The notes beneath the pieces were generated by a model. The model saw only the letters and a program-made list of their open reading frames with translations, made no database searches and was not told the origin of the DNA. Shown piece after piece: positions 21,364 to 31,210 of a DNA stretch of 64,000 nucleotides. Within the stretch, counting starts at the first letter, position 1, and the number at the start of each line of letters is the position of its first letter. The stretch comes from Nocardioides sp. (GTDB lineage: Bacteria; Actinomycetota; Actinomycetes; Propionibacteriales; Nocardioidaceae), in assembly GCA_051657705.1 (NCBI GenBank), contig JBOFLE010000037.1, positions 22,033 to 86,032 on the forward strand. The letters are read 5' to 3'. Both the position numbers and the translations under genes were made by a program.

Positions 21364-22713
21364 CTACGAGGGCAGGTGAACCGGCACCACGAGATCGCCG
21401 ACGATCAAGATCATCCCCATCAGCAGCAGCGCTCCCGCCACCACGTAGGCAACGGGCAACAACTTGGCGACATCCGCGTATCCCGGGTCGGGTCGTCGGG
21501 TCAGCCTCGCGAAGCCACGTCGCCCGGCTTCGTACAGGGCACCGGCGACGTGCCCGCCATCGAGCGGCAACAGCGGGATGAAGTTGAACATGCCGATGAA
21601 CAGGTTGAAACCGGCGACGATCAGCATCAGGAAGACGACCTTCTCCTGGGTGGTGAACGCGTCACTCGACGCGGTCTCGCCGGCCAGCCGACCACCGCCG
21701 ACGACGCTGACCGGACCTTCCGGATCGCGCTCCTCCAGACCCAGGATCGCCAGGCCCACATGCCCGACCTTGGCCGGCAAGCTGACCAACGCCTCGATCG
21801 TGTCGAGCGTCATCGACCCCATCTGCTCGGCGGTGTACCAGGGGCCGCCGGTAGCCGGTTCAGCCACCGGCGAGACGCCGAGAAAGCCGACCTGCACCAA
21901 CGTGTCGTCGGCCGCGGACGCCGGTCGCGCCTCGACCGTGGTGTTGGTCCGGGCCGTGAGTACTTCACCGTCGCGAACGAACCTAATCTCGGCGGCGCCG
22001 TCTTCGTTGCCGCGGATCAGCCGCTGCAGGTCGGCCCACCGGGAGACCTGCTGCTCGTTGAACCCGACGATCCGATCCCCGGCCTGCAGGCCGGCCTGGA
22101 CCGCCGGGGTCACCGGATCCGACCCGGTGCACTCACGACCGTCCTCGGCGTAGGGAACCACGCACTGGGAGACGTAGCCGATGCTCATCGTGGCCCGTGC
22201 GTCCGCCGGATTGCCGAAGGTCGCGAACACCGCCCAGAAGACGAGGAAGGCAATCGCCAGGTTCACCACCGGACCGCCCGCCATCACGACGACCTTCTTC
22301 CACCAGGCCATCTTGTAGAACAGCCGGTCGGAGTCCTCAGGACCGATCAGATCCCACTCGGCGGCGCGGGCGTCGGAGATGATCTGGGTGAAGAGCCCGG
22401 TGCTGGACCTGCGGACCCGCAGCGTCCCGGCCGACTCGGCGCGGTGCTGATCGGGCTGCTTGTCGGCGTCCCGGGCCGGCGGCAGCATGCCGACGATCTT
22501 GACGAAGCCGCCGAGCGGGATCGCCTTGATGCCGTACTCCGTCTCTCCGCGTTGCCGCGACCAGACCGTCGGGCCGAAGCCGACGAAGTACTGAGTGACC
22601 TTGCCGCCGAACCGTTTGGCGGGAATCATGTGGCCGAGTTCGTGCAGGCCGATGGAGATCAGGATCGAAATGAAGAACACCAGGACCCCGAGGGTGTAGA
22701 GCAGGGTGGTCAT
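21364..22713 (-). CDS. RseP/Rip1-like M50 membrane zinc metalloprotease with PDZ domain
   Basis: HELGH motif, [18 protein letters not shown]; ATGA overlap with the dxr stop. Confidence 0.93.
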   Translation of the reverse strand: MTTLLYTLGVLVFFISILISIGLHELGHMIPAKRFGGKVTQYFVGFGPTVWSRQRGETEYGIKAIPLGGFVKIVGMLPPARDADKQPDQHRAESAGTLRVRRSSTGLFTQIISDARAAEWDLIGPEDSDRLFYKMAWWKKVVVMAGGPVVNLAIAFLVFWAVFATFGNPADARATMSIGYVSQCVVPYAEDGRECTGSDPVTPAVQAGLQAGDRIVGFNEQQVSRWADLQRLIRGNEDGAAEIRFVRDGEVLTARTNTTVEARPASAADDTLVQVGFLGVSPVAEPATGGPWYTAEQMGSMTLDTIEALVSLPAKVGHVGLAILGLEERDPEGPVSVVGGGRLAGETASSDAFTTQEKVVFLMLIVAGFNLFIGMFNFIPLLPLDGGHVAGALYEAGRRGFARLTRRPDPGYADVAKLLPVAYVVAGALLLMGMILIVGDLVVPVHLPS

Positions 22714-23849
22714 CGAGTGGCCAAACCTTTCGCGATCAGCCGAGTTGCCCCGGCACGAGCCCGGCGATCCGCGTCGAGTACGTCGGTCACGGTGAGCCCC
22801 TTCGAGGGTACGCCACCGGTGGTGGCCGGCGGCGAGTCGGCAGGCGTCGAGAACTCGGCGAGTACGGCGGCGATCGTGGGCACGATGTCGGTGAAGCGGA
22901 TGCGACCGGCTCGGAACTCCGCCACGCACACCTCGTTCGCGGCGTTGTAGACCGCGGGGGCTGTTCCGCCGGACTCACCGGCACGGCGCGCCAACCCGAC
23001 CGCCGGGAATGCCTGGTCGTCGAGCGGGAAGAACTCCCACGACTGCGGCCGCGTCCAGTCGACCGCCGCCGCGGCATCGGGCACCCGGTCCGGCCAGGAC
23101 AGACCGAGGCTGATCGGGATCAGCATGCTCGGTGGGCTGGCCTGGACCATCGTGGAACCATCGGTGAACTCCACCATCGAGTGCACCACCGATGACGGAT
23201 GGACGACAACCTCGATGCTGTCGAACGGTACCCCGAAGAGCAGGTGCGCCTCGATCACTTCCAGTCCCTTGTTGACCAGAGTCGCCGAGTTGATGGTGAC
23301 CACCGGCCCCATGTCCCAGGTCGGATGAGCCAGCGCCTCGGTCGGAGTCACGTCATCGAGTTCGGCACGTGAGCGACCACGGAACGGGCCACCGCTCGCG
23401 GTGAGTATCAATCGCCGCACCTCGCCGGCCACCCCCGCCCGCAAGCACTGCGCGAGAGCCGAATGCTCGCTGTCGACCGGCACGATCTGGCCCGGTCCGG
23501 CCAACGCGGTTACCAACGGGCCGCCGATGATCAGCGACTCCTTGTTGGCCAGGGCCAGCGTGTTGCCGGCCTCGATGGCGGCGAGCGTGGGCCGGAGTCC
23601 GACCGCGCCGGTGATCCCGTTGAGCACGACGTCCGCTTGCCGGCCCGCCGCCTCTACGCTGGCGTCCTCGCCCAGTCCGGAGAACGCCGGCCCGAACTCG
23701 CCCACCTGGGCATCGAAGAGGTCCCGGCGAGCACCGCCCGCGGTCAGGCCGACGACCCGGAACCGGTCCGGGTTCGCCCGAACGATCTGCAATGCCTGAG
23801 TCCCGATCGAACCCGTGGACCCCAGGATCACGACGTCGCGGCGACTCAC
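22710..23849 (-). CDS. dxr: 1-deoxy-D-xylulose-5-phosphate reductoisomerase
   Basis: [13 protein letters not shown]; LANKESL; PVDSEH; HPTWDMG; NKGLEVIEA. Confidence 0.97.
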   Translation of the reverse strand: MSRRDVVILGSTGSIGTQALQIVRANPDRFRVVGLTAGGARRDLFDAQVGEFGPAFSGLGEDASVEAAGRQADVVLNGITGAVGLRPTLAAIEAGNTLALANKESLIIGGPLVTALAGPGQIVPVDSEHSALAQCLRAGVAGEVRRLILTASGGPFRGRSRAELDDVTPTEALAHPTWDMGPVVTINSATLVNKGLEVIEAHLLFGVPFDSIEVVVHPSSVVHSMVEFTDGSTMVQASPPSMLIPISLGLSWPDRVPDAAAAVDWTRPQSWEFFPLDDQAFPAVGLARRAGESGGTAPAVYNAANEVCVAEFRAGRIRFTDIVPTIAAVLAEFSTPADSPPATTGGVPSKGLTVTDVLDADRRARAGATRLIAKGLATR

Positions 23850-23870
23850 CCTCCATTGTCCCCACACCAC

Positions 23871-23954
23871 GCCGAGACGTCACAAATGCAGGCCGAGGGG
23901 TCACAAAAGCACGTGTTTTTGTGACCCCTCGGCCTGCATTTGTGACATCTCGGC
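23871..23954. repeat. REP-like palindrome, family A (84 bp, 38-bp arms with one mismatch)
   Basis: GCCGAGACGTCACAAATGCAGGCCGAGGGGTCACAAAA-GCACGTGT-TTTTGTGACCCCTCGGCCTGCATTTGTGACATCTCGGC. Confidence 0.92.
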
Positions 23955-25886
23955 CTAGCGGCGGAGCACCGGGGTCAGGGTCGTGAGCACGTCCGGGTCC
24001 TCGATGGTCGAGGGGACGACGGGATCGGAGCCGTCGGCGATCTCCCGCATGGTCTTGCGCAGGATCTTGCCGGACCGCGTCTTCGGCAACGCCGCCACCA
24101 CCGAAACCCGTCTGAACGCCGCCACCGGTCCGATCTGCTCGCGAACCATCGCCACCAATTCTGCCTGGAGCACGTCAGAGTCGGTCTCCACGCCGGCCTT
24201 GAGCACCACGAGGCCGCGCGGCACCTGGCCCTTGAGGTCGTCCGCAACCCCGATCACGGCGCATTCGGCAACCACCGGATGCTGAGCGATCACCGCTTCC
24301 ATCGACCCCGTGGACAACCGGTGGCCGGCCACGTTGATCACGTCGTCGGTACGGCCCATGACATAGAGGTACCCGTCGTCGTCGAGGTAGCCGCCGTCGC
24401 CGGACACGTAGTGGCCGGGATAGGCCTCGAGGTACGACGCCACGAACCGGTCGTCGTCACCCCACAGCGTGGGCAGGGTTCCCGGCGGCATCGGCAGCTT
24501 GAGGCACAACGCCCCCTCGGTGCCGGCTGGCACGGGTTCGCCGTCCTCGTCGAGCACCCGGACGTCGTACCCGGGCACCGGCACCGAGGGCGAGCCGGGC
24601 TTGATCGGCATCGGAGCCAGACCGCGCAGGTTGGCCGCGATCGGCCACCCGGTCTCGGTCTGCCACCAGTTGTCGATCACCGGCACGCCCAGTCGCTCGG
24701 TCGCCCAGTGATAGGTGGCCGGGTCGAGTCTCTCGCCGGCCAGGAACAGGTGGCGCAGCGAACTCAGGTCACGCCCGGCGAGCAGCGTGCCGGCCGGATC
24801 CTCCTTCTTGATCGCCCGGATCGCGGTCGGCGCCGTGAACAGCCCGGTCACGCCGTACTCCTCGATCACCCGCCAGAAGGCGCCGGCATCGGGCGTGCCG
24901 ACCGGCTTTCCCTCGTACAACACGGTGGTGGCGCCGGCGATCAACGGCGCGTAGACGATGTAGGAATGCCCGACCACCCAGCCGACGTCGGAGGCCGACC
25001 ACCAGACATCGCCGGCTCGGGCGTCGTAGATGGCGGGCAACGACCAGGCCATGGCCACCGCGTGACCTCCGTTGTCACGGACGATGCCCTTCGGCTTCCC
25101 GGTCGTTCCGGAGGTGTAGAGGATATAGAGCGGATCGCCGGAAGCGACCTCGACGCAGGGAGCCGGGTCTGCCTTCCCGATCGCCATCATCGCGTCCCAG
25201 TCGAGGTCGCGGCCGGGGACCAGTTCCGCGGTCGACTGTGCCCGCTGCTTCAGTACGACGGCCGCCGGCTGGTGCTCGGCCAACTCCAGCGCGCGGTCGA
25301 GCATCGGCTTGTACTCGACAATCCGGCCCGGCTCGATCCCGCACGAACCGGTCACCACCACCCTGGGCCGCGCGTCGTCGATGCGCACCGCGAGTTCGGC
25401 GGGCGCGAACCCGCCGAAGACCACCGAGTGCACGGCTCCGATCCGGGCACACGCCAACATCGCCACCACGGCCTCGGGAATCATCGGCAGGTAGATGATG
25501 ACCCGGTCACCGGCACCGACACCCAGTGAGGTGAGTACCCCGCCGAAGGCGGCGACCTCGGCGAGCAGGTCGGCGTAGCTGATCCGGCGCTTGGTCTGGG
25601 TCACCGGAGAGTCGTAGATCAGCGCGATCTGGTCGCCCCGCCCGCTGACGACGTGTCGGTCGAGGGCGTTGAAGCAGGTGTTGAGTGTCGCGCCCGGGAA
25701 CCATCGGTAGTGCGGCGGCGCCGAGTCGTCCAGTGCCCGGATCGGCTTCTTGATCCAGTGCACCGACCCGGCCTGCTCGCTCCAGAACCGATCCGGGTCG
25801 TCCAGCGAGGAACGGTGTGTCTCGAGGTACTGGTTCCGGGCGCCCGTCACATGACCGTCCACCGCGCCATCCTCGCCGGTCGACAC
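23955..25886 (-). CDS. prpE: Propionyl-/acetyl-CoA synthetase (PrpE-like)
   Basis: YILYTSGTTGKPKG; DNWWQTETG; GRTDDVINVAGHRL; LPKTRSGKILR. Substrate assignment is inferred. Confidence 0.85.
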   Translation of the reverse strand: MSTGEDGAVDGHVTGARNQYLETHRSSLDDPDRFWSEQAGSVHWIKKPIRALDDSAPPHYRWFPGATLNTCFNALDRHVVSGRGDQIALIYDSPVTQTKRRISYADLLAEVAAFGGVLTSLGVGAGDRVIIYLPMIPEAVVAMLACARIGAVHSVVFGGFAPAELAVRIDDARPRVVVTGSCGIEPGRIVEYKPMLDRALELAEHQPAAVVLKQRAQSTAELVPGRDLDWDAMMAIGKADPAPCVEVASGDPLYILYTSGTTGKPKGIVRDNGGHAVAMAWSLPAIYDARAGDVWWSASDVGWVVGHSYIVYAPLIAGATTVLYEGKPVGTPDAGAFWRVIEEYGVTGLFTAPTAIRAIKKEDPAGTLLAGRDLSSLRHLFLAGERLDPATYHWATERLGVPVIDNWWQTETGWPIAANLRGLAPMPIKPGSPSVPVPGYDVRVLDEDGEPVPAGTEGALCLKLPMPPGTLPTLWGDDDRFVASYLEAYPGHYVSGDGGYLDDDGYLYVMGRTDDVINVAGHRLSTGSMEAVIAQHPVVAECAVIGVADDLKGQVPRGLVVLKAGVETDSDVLQAELVAMVREQIGPVAAFRRVSVVAALPKTRSGKILRKTMREIADGSDPVVPSTIEDPDVLTTLTPVLRR

Positions 25887-25979
25887 CGACCTGGTCCAGT
25901 GGCAGCGTGACCGGAAAGCGGTCTATCCACGACCGCAACCGGTTAGCAAGCGATCTGGCTTGGGAATACTGTGGAGAGC

Positions 25980-27329
25980 ATGACTGAGTTGGCCACAGGT
26001 GGTCCGAACATCCCGCAGGTCCGCAATCTCGTTACGGTGATTCCCGGCCCCAAGTCGAGTGAACGCCTGGCGCGGAAGAAGGCGTACGTCGCCGACGGAG
26101 TCGGTACCGCGCTACCGGTATTCGTCACCGCGGCCGGCGGCGGGATCGTCCAGGATGTCGACGGCAACTCGCTGATCGACCTGGGCTCCGGGATCGCGGT
26201 GACGACGGTCGGCAACGCGGCCCCGGAGGTTGTCCGCCGGGTGCAGGACCAGGTGGCCAGGTTCACCCACACGTGTTTCATGGTCACCCCGTACGACCTC
26301 TACGTCGATGTCGCGGAGGCGCTCAGCGACCTCGCCCCCGGAGACCACGCCACGAAGTCGGCGCTGTTCAACTCCGGCGCCGAAGCCGTCGAGAACGCGG
26401 TCAAGGTGGCTCGTTCCTTCACCGGCCGCAACGGAGTCGCGGTGTTCGATCACGCCTACCACGGCCGCACCAACCTGACCATGGGGATGACCGCGAAGAA
26501 CATGCCCTATAAGCATCGCTTCGGTCCGTTTGCCGGTGAGATCTACCGCGCCCCGATGTCCTATCCACTTCGGGACCCCCATGGCATGAAGGGCGAGGAG
26601 GCCGCCGCACGGGCGATCGATGTCCTCGACAAACAGGCCGGCGCCGACAACCTGGCCTGCCTGGTGCTGGAGCCGATCCTCGGCGAGGGCGGTTTCGTGG
26701 TGCCGGCCGAGGGTTTCGCCGCGGCACTGTCGGCATGGTGTGCCGCCAACGGCATCGTGTTCGTGGCAGACGAGATCCAGTCGGGCTTCTGTCGCACCGG
26801 GGAATGGTTCGCGGTCGACCACGAGGGCGTGGTCCCGGATCTGATGACGACGGCCAAGGGCATGGCCGGCGGCATGCCGCTGGCCGCGGTCACCGGCCGC
26901 GCCGAGATCATGGACTCGGTACACGCCGGCGGCCTCGGCGGGACCTACGGCGGCAACCCGGTGGCCTGCGCCGGCGCGCTGGGATCGATCGAGGCCATGA
27001 AGTCCCATGATCTCGCGGCTCGGGCCCGCGCCATCGAGGCGCTGATCCGGCGCCGGCTCGAAGCGATCAGCGCTGAGCACCCGGTGATCGCGGACATCCG
27101 AGGACGGGGCGCGATGATGGCGATCGAACTGTGCGAGCCCGGCTCGATCCGCCCCGACGCGGTCCGCGCGGCCGCCGTCAACGCGCATTGCCACGCCAGC
27201 GGCGTGATCACGCTGACCTGCGGCACCTGGGGGAACGTGTTCCGCTTCCTCCCGTCGCTGGCGATCTCCGACGATTTGCTGGAGGAGGCGTTCGACGTGG
27301 TCGCGGAGGCATTCGCGGCCACCGCCTGA
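25980..27329 (+). CDS. gabT: 4-aminobutyrate--2-oxoglutarate aminotransferase
   Basis: FNSGAEAVENAVK; HAYHGRT; ADEIQSGFCRTG; TTAKG (PLP Lys); GGTYGGNP. Confidence 0.93.
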   Translation: MTELATGGPNIPQVRNLVTVIPGPKSSERLARKKAYVADGVGTALPVFVTAAGGGIVQDVDGNSLIDLGSGIAVTTVGNAAPEVVRRVQDQVARFTHTCFMVTPYDLYVDVAEALSDLAPGDHATKSALFNSGAEAVENAVKVARSFTGRNGVAVFDHAYHGRTNLTMGMTAKNMPYKHRFGPFAGEIYRAPMSYPLRDPHGMKGEEAAARAIDVLDKQAGADNLACLVLEPILGEGGFVVPAEGFAAALSAWCAANGIVFVADEIQSGFCRTGEWFAVDHEGVVPDLMTTAKGMAGGMPLAAVTGRAEIMDSVHAGGLGGTYGGNPVACAGALGSIEAMKSHDLAARARAIEALIRRRLEAISAEHPVIADIRGRGAMMAIELCEPGSIRPDAVRAAAVNAHCHASGVITLTCGTWGNVFRFLPSLAISDDLLEEAFDVVAEAFAATA

Positions 27330-27393
27330 GCTATCGCGAGCATCGCCGGGCGATCCTCCTCAGGTGAGCAGAGTGAGGAGAGCACGCGCATCG

Positions 27394-27750
27394 TCAGGGG
27401 AGATCGAGGAGAGTAGCAATCGTCTCGCGGATCTGAGTCAGTGTAGTGGGCCCGGCATTTCCGCGGATCTGTTGGATGCGACGAGTCGAAACCGCCCGCA
27501 GATGTTGGCACTGGGCTGCCGAAGTCACGGACAGCCCGTTGTCCCGATCCGCGTCGACGGTGACCTCGGAGCCGAACGCTCGAAGAGTGGATGTGAGCGG
27601 CACCACGTGGACGACCACGGGACCCGCATCCAGAATCCGTTGCGCCGTCACCAGCACCGCGGGGTGCCGGAATCCGGCCTCCCGGCCTTGCGGCGCCCCG
27701 AGGTCGAGGTCGACGACATCGCCGGCGGTCAGGTCACCCGAGTTCGGCAT
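27394..27750 (-). CDS. PemK/MazF family toxin
   Basis: GDVVDLDLGAPQGREAGFRHPAVLV...VVPLTS...SAAQCQHLRAVSTRR; overlaps the upstream small ORF by 17 nt. Confidence 0.85.
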   Translation of the reverse strand: MPNSGDLTAGDVVDLDLGAPQGREAGFRHPAVLVTAQRILDAGPVVVHVVPLTSTLRAFGSEVTVDADRDNGLSVTSAAQCQHLRAVSTRRIQQIRGNAGPTTLTQIRETIATLLDLP

Positions 27751-27928
27751 CGAGCCACGCGGTCTCGTCTTCGCGCAGCGCTGATCCGAGGTCGACGCCG
27801 ATCCGATCCTGGCGGAGAGCGCGGACGGCCAGGGTCACGGTATGGCCCACTGTCGTATTCAACGCGACGGAGAGCCGCTTCAGATCCTCATGGGTGGCAG
27901 CGTCGATGCGAACACTCGTACTCTGCAT
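27734..27928 (-). CDS. Putative ribbon-helix-helix antitoxin
   Basis: 64 aa; N-terminal beta-strand/helix pattern TSVRIDAATHEDLKRLS; acidic C-terminus; immediately upstream of the toxin. Confidence 0.7.
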   Translation of the reverse strand: MQSTSVRIDAATHEDLKRLSVALNTTVGHTVTLAVRALRQDRIGVDLGSALREDETAWLDAELG

Positions 27929-27935
27929 GCAGATC

Positions 27936-27958
27936 AGCATACACTGGGCGTCGAGTGT
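27936..27958 (-). promoter_or_regulatory. TA promoter (-10 TATGCT, 7 nt before ATG) and ACACT-N8-AGTGT inverted repeat
   Basis: Read directly in the 30-bp gap between the ALDH stop and the antitoxin ATG. Confidence 0.55.
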
Positions 27959-29404
27959 CTAGACCCCGATGTAGCTCATCACGTGCTTGACCCGGGTGTA
28001 GTCCTCCAGGCCGTACATGGAGAGGTCCTTGCCGTAGCCGGACTTCTTGAATCCGCCGTGGGGCATCTCCGCGATGAACGGGATGTGCGTGTTGATCCAC
28101 ACGACACCGAAGTCGAGCGCGGCCGACATCCGCATCGCGCGTCCGTGGTCGCGCGTCCACACCGAGGAGGAGAGGCCGTACTCCACGCCGTTGCCGAGCC
28201 GGATCGCTTCGGCTTCGCCGGAGAACCTCTGCACGGTGATGACCGGGCCGAAGATCTCGGTCTGGATCTGTTCGTCGTCCTGCCGTAGCCCGGACAGCAC
28301 GGTCGGGGCATAGAAGTAGCCGGTCTCGCCCTGCCGGCTCCCGCCGGTCTCCAGCCTCGCGTGGTCCGGGAGCCGGTCGACCATGCCGGCGACGTGGGCC
28401 AGCTGGCCGGCGTTGTTGACCGGGCCGTAGAGCACCCCGTCGTCGTCGGGCAGACCGGTCTTGATGCCGCCGGCCTGCTCGGTGATCGCGGCCACGAAGT
28501 CGTCGTACACCCCGTCCTCGGCCAGCACCCGCGTGGCGGCCGTGCAGTCTTGGCCGGCGTTGAAGTATCCGGCGGCGGCGATGCCTTCCGCGGCCCTCGC
28601 GACCTCGGCATCGTCGAAGACGATCACCGGCGCCTTGCCGCCGAGCTCGAGGTGAACCCGCTTGAGCTGGGTGGCCGCCGACTGGGCGACCTGCATGCCG
28701 GCGCGCACCGAACCGGTGATCGCGACCAGTTGCGGTGTGGGGTGCTCGACCACCGCGCGGCCGGTGTTCCGGTCGCCGGTCACCACGTTGAGCACCCCTG
28801 GGGGCAGGAACTCCTGACACAGCTCTGCCATCGCCACCGAGGAGGCCGGTGTGGTGTCGCTGGGCTTGAGTACCAGGGTGTTCCCGGCCGCCAGCGCCGG
28901 CGCGATCTTCCAGATCATCATCATCAGCGGGTAGTTCCACGGCGTCACCTGCCCGACTACCCCGATCGGCTCGCGGCGAATGATCGAGGTGTGGTCCTCG
29001 AGATACTCCCCCGACGCCTTGCCCTCGAGCACTCGAGCCGCGCCGGCGAAGAAGCGCAGCTGATCGACACAGGGCGGGATCTCCTCGGCTCGGGTGAAGC
29101 CGATCGGCTTCCCGGTGTCCTTGGATTCGATGGCGACGAAGTCGTCGGCCCGGCGTTCGAGCTCGTCGGCGATCTTGAGCATCGCGAGCTGACGCTGCCT
29201 GGGCGTGGTCCGCCCCCAGCCGACGAATGCCGCCGCCGCCGCCGCGTACGCCGCATCGACATCCGCCGGACCGGACCGCTGCGCCTGGGCATAGGCCACA
29301 CCCGTCGTCGGATCGATCACGTCGTAGGTCTCGCCCGAGCCCGCGGCGACCAGTCTGCCGCCAACGACGTTCTGAAAGGTCCGGCCGGTCGTCTGTTGAG
29401 TCAT
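27959..29404 (-). CDS. Gamma-aminobutyraldehyde dehydrogenase (PatD-like ALDH)
   Basis: TPWNYP; LELGGK; YFNAGQDCTA; EIFGPV; EMPHGGFKKSGYGKDLS. Confidence 0.9.
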   Translation of the reverse strand: MTQQTTGRTFQNVVGGRLVAAGSGETYDVIDPTTGVAYAQAQRSGPADVDAAYAAAAAAFVGWGRTTPRQRQLAMLKIADELERRADDFVAIESKDTGKPIGFTRAEEIPPCVDQLRFFAGAARVLEGKASGEYLEDHTSIIRREPIGVVGQVTPWNYPLMMMIWKIAPALAAGNTLVLKPSDTTPASSVAMAELCQEFLPPGVLNVVTGDRNTGRAVVEHPTPQLVAITGSVRAGMQVAQSAATQLKRVHLELGGKAPVIVFDDAEVARAAEGIAAAGYFNAGQDCTAATRVLAEDGVYDDFVAAITEQAGGIKTGLPDDDGVLYGPVNNAGQLAHVAGMVDRLPDHARLETGGSRQGETGYFYAPTVLSGLRQDDEQIQTEIFGPVITVQRFSGEAEAIRLGNGVEYGLSSSVWTRDHGRAMRMSAALDFGVVWINTHIPFIAEMPHGGFKKSGYGKDLSMYGLEDYTRVKHVMSYIGV

Positions 29405-29408
29405 CTGC

Positions 29409-31037
29409 TCAGGATCGCGCAAAGACCGGGTTGCCAGCTACCCAGGTCGAGACCACCGACGTCGCGCCGATCTCGCCCCGCGGGCCGGCGAACGGATCCC
29501 GATCCAGCACGACCAGGTCGGCGATCGCACCGGGCTCGAGGCGACCAGCGCTATCCCGGTGATTGATCCGAGCCGAACCCGAGGTGTACGCCGCCATCGC
29601 GGTCTCGAGATTCAGCGCCTGTTCGGGCAGGAAGGCCGGTTGCTCGTCGCCGTACCCGATCCGGTTGACCGCCACATGAATGGCCGCCAGCGGATCGCAC
29701 GTGCTCACCGGCCAGTCGCTGCCGGCGCACAGGGCCGCACCGGAACGGTGGAGCGCGCCGAACGGGTACTGCCAGCTCGCGCGCTCAGGGCCCAGGAACG
29801 GAAGGGTGAGCTCGGTCATCTGGTCGTCGTAGCTGGCCCACAGCGCCTGCATGTTGGCGGTGACCGCGAGCGCCGCGAAACGCGGGACATCGACGGGGTC
29901 CACGACCTGCAGGTGGGCGATGTGGTGACGCAGATCGGCGCCGTCGGGGCCGGCGAACTCGAAGGCATCGAGAGCCTCTCGCACCCCGCGGTCCCCGATG
30001 GCGTGCACGTGCACCTGGAAGCCCTCCGCGACCAGCGCCGCGACGTAGGTCTTGAGCGCCTCGCCCTCGACGAACGAATGGCCCCGATTGTCGGTCGCGT
30101 GACCACACCGGTCCAGGTACGGCGTGTTCATCGCCGCCGTGAAGTTCTCCGCGACGCCGTCCTGCATCACCTTGACGCTGCGGGCCGCCAGCCGGCCATG
30201 GGTATAGCGCGTGCGCCGTTCGATGAGTTCCGGAATCTGATCGAGTCCGCGCTCCCGGTCCCACCAGAGCGCTCCGGTAACGGTTGCGGTCAGGTCTCCG
30301 GACTGTGCGGCCCGGAGATAGGTGTCGGAGGGGTCGTTGATTCCCACGTACGCGCCGAGAATCGCGTCCTGCCAGCCGGTCACACCGCATGAGTGCAGGT
30401 GCGCCTGGCCCGCCAGGAACCCCTGATAGCACTCGCCCTCACTGGTGACCGGGATGTGCCGGGCGACCACCGACATCGCTCCTTCATGGAGCGTGCCGGT
30501 CGGCATGCCGCGGGCGTCGCGCTCGAAGTAGCCGTCCGGTGGATCGGGAGTGTCGGCATCCACCCTGGCGACTTCGAGCGCCTTGGAATTGACCCAGGCT
30601 CCGTGATGATCCCGGTTCGGAAGGAATACCGGTCGGTCGGCGACCGACGCGTCCAGGTCGGCGGCGACCGGAGCACCTCCCGGGAATGCCGACATCCCCC
30701 AGCCGCCGCCGAGGATCCACTCGCGATCGGGATGGGCGGCGGCGTAGGAGGCGATCTCGGCCAGATGGCCGGCGCGGGTGGTCACTTCGGAGAGATCACA
30801 CCGGATTCGCTCGAGACCCCCCTGTACGGCATGCACGTGCGAGTCGATGAAACCGGGCGCGATCAGCCCTCCCGCCACCTCGACGACTTCGTCGATGTGG
30901 CCTATCCCCTCGGGTGGACCGGCGCCATCGAGGTCGGTGTACACGCCGTCGATCCGGTCGTCACTGGTCACTACCGAACCGGCACCGCGATACCGCATGC
31001 CGTCGAAGATGTATCCGCCGCGAAAGAGCAGTCGCAT
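29409..31037 (-). CDS. Amidohydrolase 3 family (YtcJ/NfdA-like) metallo-hydrolase
   Basis: PGFIDSHVH; RDHHGAWVNSKAL; VHAIGDR; HHIAHLQ; GSDWPV. Confidence 0.88.
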   Translation of the reverse strand: MRLLFRGGYIFDGMRYRGAGSVVTSDDRIDGVYTDLDGAGPPEGIGHIDEVVEVAGGLIAPGFIDSHVHAVQGGLERIRCDLSEVTTRAGHLAEIASYAAAHPDREWILGGGWGMSAFPGGAPVAADLDASVADRPVFLPNRDHHGAWVNSKALEVARVDADTPDPPDGYFERDARGMPTGTLHEGAMSVVARHIPVTSEGECYQGFLAGQAHLHSCGVTGWQDAILGAYVGINDPSDTYLRAAQSGDLTATVTGALWWDRERGLDQIPELIERRTRYTHGRLAARSVKVMQDGVAENFTAAMNTPYLDRCGHATDNRGHSFVEGEALKTYVAALVAEGFQVHVHAIGDRGVREALDAFEFAGPDGADLRHHIAHLQVVDPVDVPRFAALAVTANMQALWASYDDQMTELTLPFLGPERASWQYPFGALHRSGAALCAGSDWPVSTCDPLAAIHVAVNRIGYGDEQPAFLPEQALNLETAMAAYTSGSARINHRDSAGRLEPGAIADLVVLDRDPFAGPRGEIGATSVVSTWVAGNPVFARS

Positions 31038-31210
31038 CGCCGCACCCTATCGGCTGCATCCGGGACGCGCTATGTGCGGAATTCGTCCCCACAGCACTAG
31101 TCACCTACGGATTCCCTTGCTACTCACCCCAGCATGCGGGCAAGATGGTCCGAAGATCTCCTCGGGCGGATCCACGCAAGCCAGTTCTCCCCCTAGTCGA
31201 AGGATTCTCG

